64,000 nt of DNA from Neoconidiobolus thromboides FSU 785 (taxonomy: Eukaryota; Fungi; Entomophthoromycota). The position numbers and the translations under genes were made by a program. This document shows, piece by piece, positions 14,231-27,928 of the stretch. Below the pieces are notes generated by a model that was given only the letters and a program-made list of their open reading frames with translations, did not search any database and had not been told where the DNA came from. Each line of letters opens with the position of its first letter. Positions within the stretch are counted from its first letter, which is position 1. The stretch covers positions 73,933-137,932 of the forward strand of contig MU626297.1 in NCBI GenBank assembly GCA_025603075.1. Direction: 5' to 3'.

Positions 14231-14893
14231 CCTTAAACGATGAATTATATTTAAATGAGACTATACTCTTTATATTTTATTTTAGATTTACATTGATCAT
14301 TCTTATGGTACACATACCTCATACTTATAGCAAGTCAAATTTTATCTTTACTGTAAATTGTATCAAACATTTGTTATAATAATAACCTTAAGCAAAGTTG
14401 TCATTTATGAAATTATCAACTTTTACTATTGTTTTTTATTTTGAGCTCCTATCCTTGAATTATATAAATCAGTGGAATAAACGTAATGCGGATTTGAATT
14501 CATCCACAATTATGTAGTAATATTACACCAGAAAAAAAAAGAAAGGTATTAGATATATTCCAGATAAAATAAAGTTATGAGAAATAAGTATTTTCAAAAG
14601 GTTCATTATATGAAACAAAGGTGAAGGGTGAGGCTATTTAACACACACAAGAGTTTATTCTATTTGGTTGCATTTTTTTGTCCAAAAATTTTACTAACAA
14701 TCTTGAACAAAAAAATACATCCTCATATGCTTAACTATTGGAATTTGACTAGAAAATATAAAAAATTTAAAATATAAAAACTTTGTCATTTTTAACCAAT
14801 TAAAGTTGAATTAAACCTAGCTTTGTATAATAATTTAACAGCAAACACAAAACTATAAATGTAATGTATTTTCAAAAAACAGTTTTTCAAAAT

Positions 14894-14990
14894 AGGGATA
14901 TTTTTTTTACTTCATTATTTTTCCATTTTTTAAGCGCTATTTGAATAGAAAGATTGTTAGTAAAATTCTTAAACACAAAGAAACACCCTC
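14894..14990 (+). mobile_element. ~97-bp MITE copy, TSD AAAT
   Basis: AAAT|AGGGATATTTT...AAACACCCTC|AAAT; internal sequence homologous to the other copies. Confidence 0.8.
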
Positions 14991-15742
14991 AAATAATTAC
15001 TTTATTTGAAACCCCTATATATTCTTGTTTTTTATAGCGCAACTACATAATTGTGTATAACCCCAACTATGTATTAAGTCGAGTTTTACTATAGTTTTAC
15101 TATAAGGTTTAATTTGTTACTAATCATTTATCTTAGTATAATATTATTATGATACCTAACTTCAAAACTATTACAAATTTATAAGCAAAAACTTTATAAA
15201 TAGATTAAAGCTTTTAAACATTAAATAAAATATAAATTAAACCTGTTGTTAATAAAATTTAAAAAAAATTAACGATATTATGATGTTGTTAAACCTTATT
15301 GCATGTTAGTATGCTAAATGTTCAGTTCATTTTAATTTTAATATTTAGGTAATTTTTTAAATCTATTAATTTTATCATTTATTGTTAATGCATTAATTAA
15401 AAACTAAAATATAAAACTTATATAACCGAATCCTTTGAATTTATAGGTCATAGATTAAAAATGTATAACAAGGAAAATAATAAAAAATTGAAGTTGTTAC
15501 CATATGTATAAATATTTTATGTATTTTTATTATTATTTAAAAAAATTATTTAAATTAGGTTTTATTTTTATTAAGATATTTAATTTATTAATTGAGAAAT
15601 GTGACTACTTTTCAAACGATAAAAAATTAGACAGCTTAAACTTTCTATTAAATCATAGCTAAATGAATCAACCCTAGCCAATAAAATAAAATAAATATAA
15701 GTAAAGTACCTTAAAATATAACAATCTTCTTTGTTTAAAAAT

Positions 15743-18700
15743 ATGAGCGATAGTGACGTGGAAGATTGTTTTGAGTTGGTCGAATATATGACAAATGCCA
15801 ACAAGTTGGATTATATTGATTTTTTTGAAAATAATTTGAGGAAATGGTTTTTAAACAATGCAGAAAATACCAATGACTCCAATAGAAGCGAGCTGGTTGA
15901 CTTTTGTAAAATAAAAGATAACACATTTCAACTGAAATGTCATATATATCCCTCATTAAAAAATAAAAGCTTTGATAAATCGGAATTTAACCTTGAGGAC
16001 ATTTTAAATTTGAGTTCCAATCTTTTTTTATGTCAACCATTTTTGTACCATCCAGATCCAAATGATGAGACTAAATTTGATATTTCGTATAACTATGAAG
16101 CGAATAATTACCATCGTTGGATGGGTTTTCCTGTTATCCTTGAATTAAGTTCTGAGAATCAAAATCAAGAAAAGAAGAATGTAATTTTAGTTGAAGATTT
16201 GACAAAAAAAGAAGTAAAAGAGAAAAAAGTCAGTCATAACATAGATCCAGAAGCAATAAGTCAATTGCTAGATACCACAAAACAAGTGCTTAAAAAATTA
16301 AAATTATATAACATTCCTTTAGTGCTATCAAATGGGGTTCAGAGTAAAAAAAACTTTGAAGGATTGATTTATATAACACTTGATGATAATGCAACAAAAT
16401 CAACAGAAAGGCATGAAAAGGAATTTATTCAAGCATACATATACTCTAATGCTTCAAGTATAAATCCAACGGCATTTTCGGATCTTGAGAAAGTAGTTGA
16501 TTTTTATAAGGATTTGTCTCGAAGACACTTTAAAGGTAATTATAGGTTTTGATCATTTTATAAGGTTGAAATTTATTATTTTGACTTTATTTAACCACTA
16601 TATTTTTATTTATATTAAGTATAGGGAAAGAAATGCAACAATACTTAGGTTGTAAACTCTATATAAGCGGTGAATTTTTGTATCAAATTAATATACCATC
16701 AGATCCAAAATGGAGCGAGATCAAAATGTCATATTGTCAAAAGCCAAAAAATTTAGGCCAAACCAAATCAAAAAATGGAAGTATTTCTAAAAGAATAAGT
16801 TTTGGGACTGTTATCGAAACTACTTTGCAAAATTCACTTTCATTTATTGATAAAGAAGTTCATATTGATAATCATAATTTACAGTGGGGTCCTACATGTG
16901 ATCCACTAAGATCTTTCCAGATTTTAGCTAGCTTTCCACAAAGTGAATATTCCAGTGATCTTGAATTAACTCCAAGTATAGCCAGTTATATTCATATATA
17001 TGCTCAGTTTAGGGAACCAAAAGAAGAATGGCTTCTATTAAGTAGAAATTTAAAAGATATTATAAACTCTTGGTCAGATTCAGATAGTAATTTTATGTTT
17101 TCTATGGAAAATGAAGAAATATCCCATGTGAGACGTAATTCGAATACCTCTATCAACATATCTTCCCCATTGAACTATAGTAAATATTCCATTTCTAAAT
17201 TAACTGAAAAGATTATACATTCTCTTTTCAATGAAGTAACTTATACATGTACAAAGTCTGTCAATTTCAGAAAAAGCTCCAATTTGGACGACGTACTATC
17301 TACTCCTTATTTAGCCTTTAACTTTTTTAGCTCAAGAGCTGTTCCATATCAATCCTTTCTATGGAAGTTGATATATAATTGTCTAATTATGGTATCTACT
17401 TCAGATGATTATAAAAAGTTAGATTTAAATTCAATACTTAGGGCAGCATGGAATGAGATAGTTCGAATGTTAAGAAGTTATTGGGAAAACAAGACAATTA
17501 TTCCAAATGTAAATACTCCACATAATGAAGGAAAATATGAAGTCGATCTAAGATTTAACATTTTACACCAAAAAATATCAATGTTAAATTATTGCATTGA
17601 TCGCTCTAATAAAAATTTCTTTCAAACACCTAAAAATAAAAATAAAATTAAAGAAGCTGATAAAAGTAATTCAAACTCATCATCATTTCCATCAAATTTT
17701 AGAAGGTTAAGTAAGCGCGAGCCAATTTCTGATTTAAGCCATGACCCCTCACCTAAAGGTCAATTTGTTAAAGGTGATATATCTTCACTACAATCATTCT
17801 GGAACGATAAAATTCAAACAGAACAAAAGGAAACGAATAGTAATGATATCAATAACCAACTCGAAGAAAATTTAGGCTCTTTATCTATTTCATCCAAAAG
17901 TTGTAAAAGTTTAGCATACAATGCTTTACAGGGTTCTCCTGAGCTTGTGTCTCCACCAAGTAGTTATCCAGTAAATTTGATCATTTTTTGGATACTAAAT
18001 ATATTACTAAATTTATTCTAGAAAGACTCTATTGACTCATACACTGAAGATATAAAATATCATAGTCAAAATATAAGCGAAAAAGAAAGTTCATTTGAGA
18101 AAAAATCATTCCCAGTACCAGTTAATAAAAATGGACATAGTCATAAAGTTTTTAATCAATCAGTGGTAAGAGAAAATAGCTTAGCGGCAGAAAGCTTTGT
18201 ACAATTACATTGTCCTTCGAGTATTAGTTCATATAACTCGGTTTCTGATATTGTATTTGCATCAGCTTCTCCAAAAGTTAATTCAATAGGAAAACAATCC
18301 AGTAATGTAATGAATAATGAGCCTCAAGGGAGATTGAAGGTTTTAGAAAGCTGTAGGCTTTTAAAGCATGATGAGCCAATATATATACCCATAACACAGG
18401 TAATATTTTATACTTTTTTATCTTATGACCATATAGTAATAAATTTTAATAGGACCCTGGAGTAATGTCAGAGGACATGCTGCTAGATCAAGCCCAGCTT
18501 TTTGAAAAACTAGGAACCTCAGAGACTGGCGCGAGAAGAAGAGCTCAATTACAAGGAGCCCAGTTACTTTCTGGTAATTACTTGAAATATTATTTGAAAC
18601 AACTTTTAACATTATATTAAGATATGGAGGCATTCAAAGCAGCCAACCCAAAATCGTGCTTAATTGACTTTGTAAGATGGCATTCTCCTAGAGATTGGGT

Positions 18701-19805
18701 AGTAGGCGATAAAGATGATAACGTTATGACTGAATCAAGAGTAAAAGAACTTAATGGCAAGCTTTCAGCAAGAATGGAAAATCCAGACAATCTTTGGCAA
18801 GAATTATGGGCTGTAAGTTGAATTTGATATTATACCAATTGTAAATAATATGACATAAAAATATTAGAAAGCAAAGCCAATTCCAGTATATCTTCAAAAG
18901 CCTCTTTTCGACTATATGTCTGAAGGAGAAAAGGTATTTAATAGTATATATAAAAATATAATTCAAGTTGACTCAACAACTAGGCTTTGCATTATATTGA
19001 AAATATTTCAATAGAGGATTTGTATCATCTGTGAGTATTTTAATTTCTTTATACTAACATATTAACTCTTATAAGTTTACTACCAACTATATTTTTAATT
19101 ACATATGATACTTTATTGAACAGTATTCCAAAAGAACACTTTACTGGATTAAAGCACCTCCAAACTAAGATAAATTCGTTTGGGAATGAATTGATGGGGT
19201 TCCCTTGGCAACATCAAGAGTAACCCTTATTATTTTTTATAACTTTCAAATTAATTATATGATTAAGTTTGGATTACCATGAATTTGATAATATATTAGA
19301 CGACATTAAAGATTTGGAAGTAAATTTTGGAAGGGCCATATCACTTATAAATAAGGTATAATCTATGATCATTAAAGTTTAAATTATTAATATAATTATA
19401 AGCTTGGAAATCATTATAAACTGATTGAACTCCTTCTAAATCCACCGTGTGGATCTCCAGTATTGGTGAAAGAAGGGGATGAGAGAGAATCAGTAATGAA
19501 GCTATTTAATAATACAAGGCAAAATTCGTTCATTCCACCATTAGGTAAGCTTTTATTTTTAAAGAAACACCATTAATAAAACATACATTATAGCGCGCTT
19601 TGAGCCAACTTTAGCCCCAAACATCATGCAATTTAACTTTCCACCTCCTTTGAAACGAGAGCTAATAGTAGAAAACCGTGCACTTCCATTAGTTTCAACT
19701 CATCAATTAAATCATGGTGATAATTGGCATAGGGTATACTTTAGTTTAGAAGGCTCCAATATGAGAGTGACAGAAATGTTTTCAATATCAAACAACAATC
19801 AATAA
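15743..19805 (+). CDS. RAB3GAP1: Rab3 GTPase-activating protein catalytic subunit, multi-exon
   Basis: LLHQKI-like ILHQKISMLNYCI; MSEDML..RAQLQGAQLLSDMEAFKAANPKSCLIDFVRWHSPRDW; LSARMENPDNLW. Confidence 0.9.
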
Positions 19806-20574
19806 TTAATCTACGATAATTATTATAATATATGATCTAATATATTATTCAATAATTAAATTCATTAAAAATTACATTGAAGATCTCTGAGGATTGGATA
19901 TTCACGGCTTTATTTATTATTTTTAATGTATTTCCAAAATTCAATTGTTAGAATAAATTTAACAATGTCCAAAATAAAATGCATTATTAATAAATTATCT
20001 TATGGTTTAATTAACGTTATCTACAATTTGCATTTATCTCAAATCAAATAATAAAACATAAAGATGTAAAAAATAATATCATTTCTAGATTAAGAAACTA
20101 TAGTAGCCATTTTATTATGTCACAATTATTCAGAAACAGCTTAAAATTAAAATTTAATATAAAATATTATAAATTGAGTAAAATATGATAGCTTGATAAA
20201 ATAAGTAGATGTATAATATTCACTGTTATTATACAATAAGGCTAAACTGTATTTCTTGAAAAAGTAGCTAAGCATAAAAATACAAATGCTTAAAATTTTA
20301 ACTTTGTCTACTTTATTATGACAATAACTTGAAGTGTATCTTTTATTCAATAATATAAAATAAACAAATTTTATATATTTATAATAAAAGTTCCATTATG
20401 ATTATTACGTAGAGCTAATTAAAGAATTGTTAGCCAATTTAACTCAAAGTTTGTTAGAATATTATGATTGGCTAATAAAAAGCGTAAATATTTTACTTTT
20501 AATTTTTGCTTCCTTCTGTCTTTAGAAATTAAAGAATTTATTTATTTCTATCTTAATTTTAATAAAAAAGGTAA

Positions 20575-22485
20575 ATGTCTGATTCATTTCACAATGAATT
20601 GGTAAGGAGAGCAGCTGCTCGAGTATTACAACAGCAACAACTAAGACGTGGTATCCCTATTCCAACGGCCTCAGAATCAACGCTTGATATTTTATCGCAA
20701 GTAACCCAGCTTTATTTGTCAGAAATGTCATTTGAAGCTAAGAAGTTAGCAGAAATATCTGGTCGCAGTGAGCCAAACGCATTTGACGTTATTAGCGCAC
20801 TTGAAAACAATTCAGTAAATATCAATGATCTTTATACATTTGGTATTCATAATATAAGGTTAAATAAGATTGCTTCAATGAGCGTTACAAAGGAAACAAT
20901 TCAAGGTATTTTTTTAGCTATGAAAAATTAACTTCGTTTAATTTAAATTTTAGATAAAAAAGTTGAAAAAGGCAAAACAATCTATGAATTCAAAGATATA
21001 AGTAGGAGTGATGGTATAGAGGAGCTTATCCTTGAGGAAAATAAAAGGATTTTGGAGGTTACTATACCAGATTTAGTTGATGAAATAATTCCAATTAATA
21101 CTCCTGAAGATAATATCGAAAATTTCCTACCGAATAAGAAGATTGATACTCAGATGGAAGCAAGTATAAGTGAAGAGACCCCTAAACCAACTCCATTCTC
21201 CAATCCAATAGTTCCAAAAAATAATGAACTCCCCATTAACCGAATAAAACGCCAAAATTCAGTTTTTCAAAAACGAATCAACTTTAAAGATCATCTTAAC
21301 TCACATCCATCAATTGGTATAGACGCAGAAAAAGTATGGGAATCTCTTTTAGAAAGAAGAAAAGAGTTAGACAATGATAATGATGTCAGAAAAGAGATTT
21401 CTATTGTTGCACAACATGACGATTTCTATAAACGTGCCTATCAACGCTTAAAAGGCGACAAAACTGATCTTGCAAAGTTCAATAAAGAAAGCCCGTTCAA
21501 CTCATGCCTTCAAAGCATTGAACCACCTATAAGTAATCCTCCTACGGCTGGTGATGACATCATCAGCTTTCAAACTCCACTTAAAAAAATATTTTCTGAA
21601 ACCGCTCTTACTTCCACACAGTCGAAATTCTCAGTAGTAGCGGAAAAGCTTTCAGAGAATGAATTTAAATCATTAAGTGAAGCCCCCTTTCCTTCATGGT
21701 TGACGCCAGAAGAAATTGAAAGATTGAAGCCACTACCGCCCAAGCCACAGCTACGTTTAATAATTCCAACAAATGCAATTCCTTCAGCTAACGGGACATC
21801 AAAAAAGGCTTTTAAAGCCCATGAAAAGGAGGATCACCAATTTAAGTCTGAAAATTTAAGCAAAAAGAATAGCATAAATCTAAAGAAAATACATTTAACA
21901 AGTCAAATTCAGAACACGAAAAATGGTTCTAAAGTAATAAAAAAAGGTAATGTAGAAATTAAAAAGAAGCCAGTCATTATAAATAAACAACACAATTTAA
22001 TTAAAACTAATCTTCACGACAAATCCTCTTTAAACCATACCCCAAAGAATTTCAATGGTAAGGATTTTAAGAAGAGCTTACCTCCCTCTCAAGGAAAACT
22101 CAACCGTAATAAAGGCTCAATGGATACTATGTCACCTATAGAAGAGGAGGTTCAAATAAGCTCATGTACAACTAGCTCAACTGAAATAGATCCAAGAGGT
22201 GGATCCAAAAATGTTAATGATATTACATCACCATCATATTCAAAAAATAGACTGTCTACTTCAAAAAGCAAGTCAAAGGTTACATTCAACTTAAATAGTG
22301 ATAGCTCAAATGTTGTATTAAAAAGTCCAAAGCCCAATAAACTTCCAAGGAGACCCTCTATATTACTTAATAAAGAAAAAGATATTAAAAGCGTAAACCA
22401 CGTAAGGCACCGCCTTCCTCCGAAAGATTCAGACTATATTGGCGACCCCGCAGAAATATCACCTTACTCATCATCAGATGATAAC

Positions 22486-22529
<44 letters not shown>

Positions 22530-23028
22530 CCCTGTCCTAGAAAAGCCTACTTTACCAAAAATAACATTTAAGCTTAACTTAGGAAGCACTGATGGAAAGC
22601 AAAAGCCTGTAGTGCCTAAAAAAGTACCCTCTGGTAATAATGAATGTGTGACAAATGATAATCAACTTAAACCTAAAGTAGCAACAAAAGCACCAAAGAT
22701 TGAAAATATTACTGGCGATATCCAGCCCATCTACACACCAGTCGTAGACTTTACTCGAGGTTATGACAATGTAACTGAGGATGCTACTAACTGCTTTTGC
22801 GCTAATTTCGCTGCAAACGATGGGTTTATGCTTGCATGTGATGAGTGTAACCAGTGGTTCCATGGTTTATGTTTGAATTTTCCAACCGAGAGCGACGCTC
22901 CAGAATATTGGACTTGTCCTCGTTGTATTCGTCGTAAAAAGTTGGCTAGTAAGAAGAAATACAGGGGGGAATCTAATACTGAGCATATGCATAAGCGTAA
23001 AAAGGGCAAATATAGTGAATCATTTTAA
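20575..23028 (+). CDS. TAF3: TFIID subunit TAF3-like: N-terminal BTP histone fold plus C-terminal PHD finger, 2 exons
   Basis: Exon 1: ASESTLDILSQVTQLYL..AEISGRSEPNAFDVISAL. PHD: CFC..DGFMLACDECNQWFHGLC..WTCPRC. Confidence 0.8.
22486..22533 (+). repeat. (GCTCCT)n coding hexamer repeat, (Ala-Pro)8
   Basis: Visible tandem repeat inside TAF3. Confidence 0.95.
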
Positions 23029-23270
23029 ATAATCAATTAGTTTAATTGGATCTTATTTTATGGTGTTTATCATTCCATTCATTGTTTTATATTTTAATCT
23101 ACTTGAGTTTCTTAAATAATATACTCAATAAAGCTCATCCAGTTTTGAATCAATTTTCTTTACATATTTTTAAATCTAACGGTTTCAAAGTAAATAATTT
23201 GGGTAGTTAAACAAGTCGATTAGATAAGACAATATCTCTATAATCTTAAACATTAAACTATAAATATTAA

Positions 23271-23371
23271 TTGAATGTATTTTTTTTGGCTTTATCACTT
23301 TTTCCGTTTTTTAAGTGCTATTTGAGCGGAAAAGTCCTTAATAAAATCCTTAAACACAAAAATATATCCCG
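23271..23371 (+). mobile_element. MITE copy (degenerate left end)
   Basis: TTTTTTTGGCTTTATCACTTTTTCCG..AAGTGCTATTTGAGCGGAAAA..AAATCCTTAAACACAAAAATATATCCC matches the family consensus. Confidence 0.75.
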
Positions 23372-23450
23372 AGTTATTTTAAACAAAAATCAGCAGCATC
23401 ATAGACTTAAGCATGTACTTAATATTTGGAAATATTAGCTCATAACACCA

Positions 23451-24749
23451 TTATTTATTTAAGGTGATAGGATTGAAAACATAACCAGCAGCATAAGAGA
23501 CAGAAGAATCACGTTTTGAAGTAATTTGAGAAGATTGAGCATAGTAGATAAACTTCAAAATTGGCACCGAACCAGAATATTGACCATCGGTAATACCTTG
23601 ATCTGAGATAGGATTACGACTAATTTTAGGGAAAGTATGTTCTAAAATAGCTAATAAAATAGAGATAGGATGCCTTCCGCAAATAGTGTTCCCAGTTGTT
23701 TGTAAGTATTGTTTAAATTGGTCAAAATCAATAGCTTCAATAATATTCATCCCTTCACGATCAAGGTTTTCTATAGCCTCATAAAGCTTAAAGGGTCTAT
23801 TTGTACATGTATCAAAATCATCAGGGTCAGAACTTGGTGTCTTTGAACTGGAATAAAATGTATAACTGAAACGTGAGCCCCTATTAATTTTAATATATAT
23901 TCTAATTTTAATGTTATTATTTACCAATGACAAAAATCAGATGATATAACAAACAAGTTGCGGGACTCTTTGAAATAAGGACTTAATAACTCACCATACT
24001 TTTTTTCTAAAGAACTGTTTATACTTCCTACCATGATGGGTATCAAAGCTACCTCATCAATACTAACTGTAAGTCAAGTCAAAATAAGGTATATAAAGTT
24101 ACCGATCTTCAAAAATCTTATAAAGGTAAGGAAGCTGCATTTCTAAACTATGTTCTTCTTCATCAACAGTTCCATCTAAATATGAGAAATGTTTGCTATC
24201 AGCCAATTCCTTATTTACTTTAGTTTTGTTAGCAACTGTAAATTAAGTATAATTAATAAGTTATCTACTTTCTAAATCTATTTTAATATCCCCTAATGGT
24301 GTTGAATAATGTTTAAAAGGACTTAAACGACATTCTTTGAAATAAGAGTGATGGGATGGCCCCAAGATGAATATTTTATCACTTTAAATTATTAGATTGA
24401 AATTTAGTTTTATATGTGAACTTTACAATTTTGTAATGTCAACACATTTAAATGCATGGGCTGCTGTTTCTCCGGAATAAGAATATCCAGCATGTCTATT
24501 ATTAATTAAAATAAAATTATTATTTAGCTCCAACTCAACTTACGGCACAATGATAGCAGTAGCACCATTGACGGGAATACTTATACTTTCTTCAGTAGCA
24601 CTTGGCACTTTATCTAACCAAGTCTGTAATTGATTTGATAATACAGACTCTTAAGGATCTTATTAGCTTTAGGTTAAACATAGATAATGTAAAATACTGC
24701 TATCGCTGTACCAAGAGCCTGAATGTGTTGCATACCTTTTTCCACTCAT
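23451..24749 (-). CDS. MEMO1: MEMO1/Mho1 family protein, multi-exon
   Basis: RYATHSGSWY, IVPHAGYSYSGETAA, ILGPSHH, EHSLEMQL, ISSDFCHWGSRF, GNTICGRHPI, YAQSSQ..DSSVSYAA. Confidence 0.95.
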
Positions 24750-25621
24750 TTTATTAAAAAACGATATTTATTTTTGCTTACATCACAACTTTATTCATTT
24801 GGTTAAATTGTGCATTTTAACATATTTATGTTGAAAATAGGGATAGCCAAAATAGGAAATTAAGCTAATAAAACAAGCTTATAGTATCTAATGTAAAATA
24901 TAATTTTAAAATAAAATAGTTTATTGATCAAAAAAGCTAATCGTATTAATATATAGCCATAGAACAATGATATTAACCTTAACTAAAAAAAAATTTACAA
25001 TACAAAGTTAATTTATCCCATTTGTTTTATTGGAATTAAGGAACTAACTTAGGATCTTCTGTTGAACAATTTATATTTGAAGAAACTCACAAATTATTTC
25101 ATTTCTATACCAAGTAGTTAACATATACATGTCTGGATCGAGTGGTAATTTTTTATTGTGCTTCACTTCATTTCCATCTATCGATCTTATCTAATTTTTA
25201 ATATATCTTGTAATAGTTATCACAATGATCTAAAGTTTATGATAACCTAGAGAATGTTCATGTTTAAAAGTTCCTTGAGTAAGGTCATAATCAATCATCT
25301 TTTATATTTAGTATTATCGATGTAACCATAAGGTATGAGTCCCTTTTTTCTTATCGTTTTTGTTGTTCTACTTTCAATCAATTTGTTTCTAAATTATTGA
25401 ACTTAAATAGCAAGTAAAAATAAACTTATGTAAACATTCAATAGTTGTATTATCATATTATTTTTAACACACTATTCTATAAAAATAGGTTCGTTTTTTT
25501 GCATTAAATTACTACTCCAATCATAGTCTAAACTTTAACCTTAAATTTACCAATTTAGCAAATTGATTTTTCATTTTTTATTCTAATATTTGTAAAGCAA
25601 GTCAATTATATTTATACTACA

Positions 25622-27872
25622 ATGTGGAATGTATCCATTATAGTCAATATTATTATAATCAAACTAATGATAATTTAAAGGCTTTAGAATTTTTAAGAAA
25701 AAAAAATGAAAAAAAGAAACAACAAGTAAGTGATACTCAAGTTAATCCTAGTACTGTAGATGGAGAGAATGAAAACCATTTATCACAAAGTATTGTTGGA
25801 ACCCAAGGTAATAAAAAAATAAAAATAAAGATAATAACATAATAACAAGTTTAATCGAACAATTATAGTTAGAGATGAAGAGGATGATTTTTTGGATTTC
25901 TTAAATGATATTAATAATGATGAGCAAACCACAATACAAAAGAAAAAAGAGAAACAAGTGGTAAATGAAGTTGATTTGAGCTTTTTAGACGAACTTCAAA
26001 ATGAAACTGAGTTAATTTTAGCACCAAATACAGTTACTAAGAAAATAGAGCAATCAAACATGGATTTAACAAATGAAATTCAATGTAATAACAAAAATGA
26101 TGAAGAACGTAATAGTACAATAGATAATGATATTTTATGTATTCAAAATAATAAAAGTAATCAAAATAATCAAAATACAAATAATAAAAGTACTCAAGCT
26201 CCTTTTATAAAAAACAAAACGATAGAAACAAATACTATTGTATATTTAAATCAACAAAAAAATAATAGTAGAGACCCTAACACTTGTTTTAATAGCAATA
26301 CAAATAATTTTAATAGCAATACAAATAATTTTAATAGCAATACAAATAATTTTAATAGCAATACAAATAATTTTAATGCTGATGATAAAAAGGAGCAAAC
26401 AAAAAGGGATAATCAATCTGATACAGAGAGCGTTACAAATGTAGAATTGAAATTGAAAGAAAAGTTATTAAAATTTGCATTTACAAATAAAAAGAATATT
26501 ACTGAAGATACCACTAAAAGCATAGAAACCAACAAAATTTTAGATAAATTACCACTAAGTCAAAATGATAGCCAAAATAGGCTTCCAATTAGTAGTAAGA
26601 TAAATCCCAAGGTTGATACATATATATACAAAAATAATATTTCGAAGTCAAGAAGTATAGACGTCAATAAATTAACCCAAAAGAGTTATCTTAATATAAA
26701 TAAGGATATATTAACCCAGAAAAACAATCAAAACACAAAGGATGATATATCAAGTCAAAGAAGGGAAGGTAGTGTAAACAATAACACATTAAGTCAAGAG
26801 GAACATTTTGATATAAGCGAGAACATATTAACTCAAAGAAGTAGCCAAACCGTGAATAAGAACACATTGACTCAAGAAGGTCATCCCAATATAAATGTGG
26901 ATATATTAAGTCAAAGAAATCAAAATAATAATTCTAACAGAAGAGAAACTATTTCAGTTAACGAAAATGTAACACAAATAAATGGAAATCAAGGATCAAG
27001 GACACCTAAAAGTAGCAATTACAATAATAATTCTCAAATTAGTAGAAATGCCTCCAGCTTAGGCTACTTTACTAGAAATAATATCAACTCAGATTTGGAT
27101 GAAAATGATACTAGTTTCCAATCAAATATTATTAAACTTGATAACAATGATATTTCTAAAATGAATTTAGATTTACCTTATTTAAATGGAAGAAAGAGAC
27201 CGCCTGGACCTGCTGGATTATTGTCATTAAAAAAATCAAAAAGACTAGAAAGAGAAAGAAATGGTATTGTTGATGAGTCATACAATGAAGAGTTAGTTGG
27301 TCAAGACTTGTTTTTTCAAACAAGTACATGGATCCATTTTTTAAAATCGAATGATTTCCCAGAATATTTACGTAAGTTTCTAATATACTATAACATATTT
27401 TATTGAATGCTAATATTTATTTAGCATCAAATTATTTGAAGTTTATACTTTCAAACAATAATGAATTTAATGGAATATTAACCCATTCCATTTCAAGGAT
27501 ATTTAAAGGTGAGTATCAGTTTGATTTAATGATACCAAACTTGGCTGTTGTGATAAAACAAATTATTAATAAAGATGACCATGCTAATGTATTATTAGCT
27601 GATCCATCAGGTAATTTATAATAGTTAGGTAATATTAAAAAGAAGCATTAGATTAAAATTTAGGGGAAATACAGGGCTCGATTGAAAAGAAAATATTTAA
27701 AAGACATCGAAAACTGCTTTGTAGTGGAGTTACCTTAATATTAAAAGATACTCCTATTATCTATATCAATAATAAGACACAGTATATAAGTATCACTTTA
27801 GATAATATGGTTGAATATTTTATATTTTCAAAAGAAAATCAAAATGATGCTGAGCGAATTACTATAAAATAA
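25622..27872 (+). CDS. HROB: HROB/MCM8IP (DUF4539 OB-fold) homologous recombination factor, spliced
   Basis: Long disordered N-terminus, RPPGPAGLL, then IPNLAVVIKQI..ANVLLADPSGEIQGSIEKK..SGVTLILKD..YISITLDNMVEYF, matching the HROB OB-fold pattern. The start codon is inferred via a 9-nt first exon. Confidence 0.8.
26287..26377 (+). repeat. 21-bp coding tandem repeat x4 (FNSNTNN)
   Basis: ttttaatagcaatacaaataa repeated. Confidence 0.95.
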
Positions 27873-27928
27873 AAGCTAGTTAATTTAAAATTATTTCATT
27901 AGTTGATTTTGATTTTAATTGTTTTTAT

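Noticed and set aside
20147-20350. 67-aa minus-strand ORF upstream of TAF3
   Set aside because: It starts at TTG, has no recognisable motif, and is probably promoter DNA.
26287-26377. CRISPR-like array
   Set aside because: Contiguous 21-bp repeats without spacers, in frame in a eukaryotic CDS; no cas genes.
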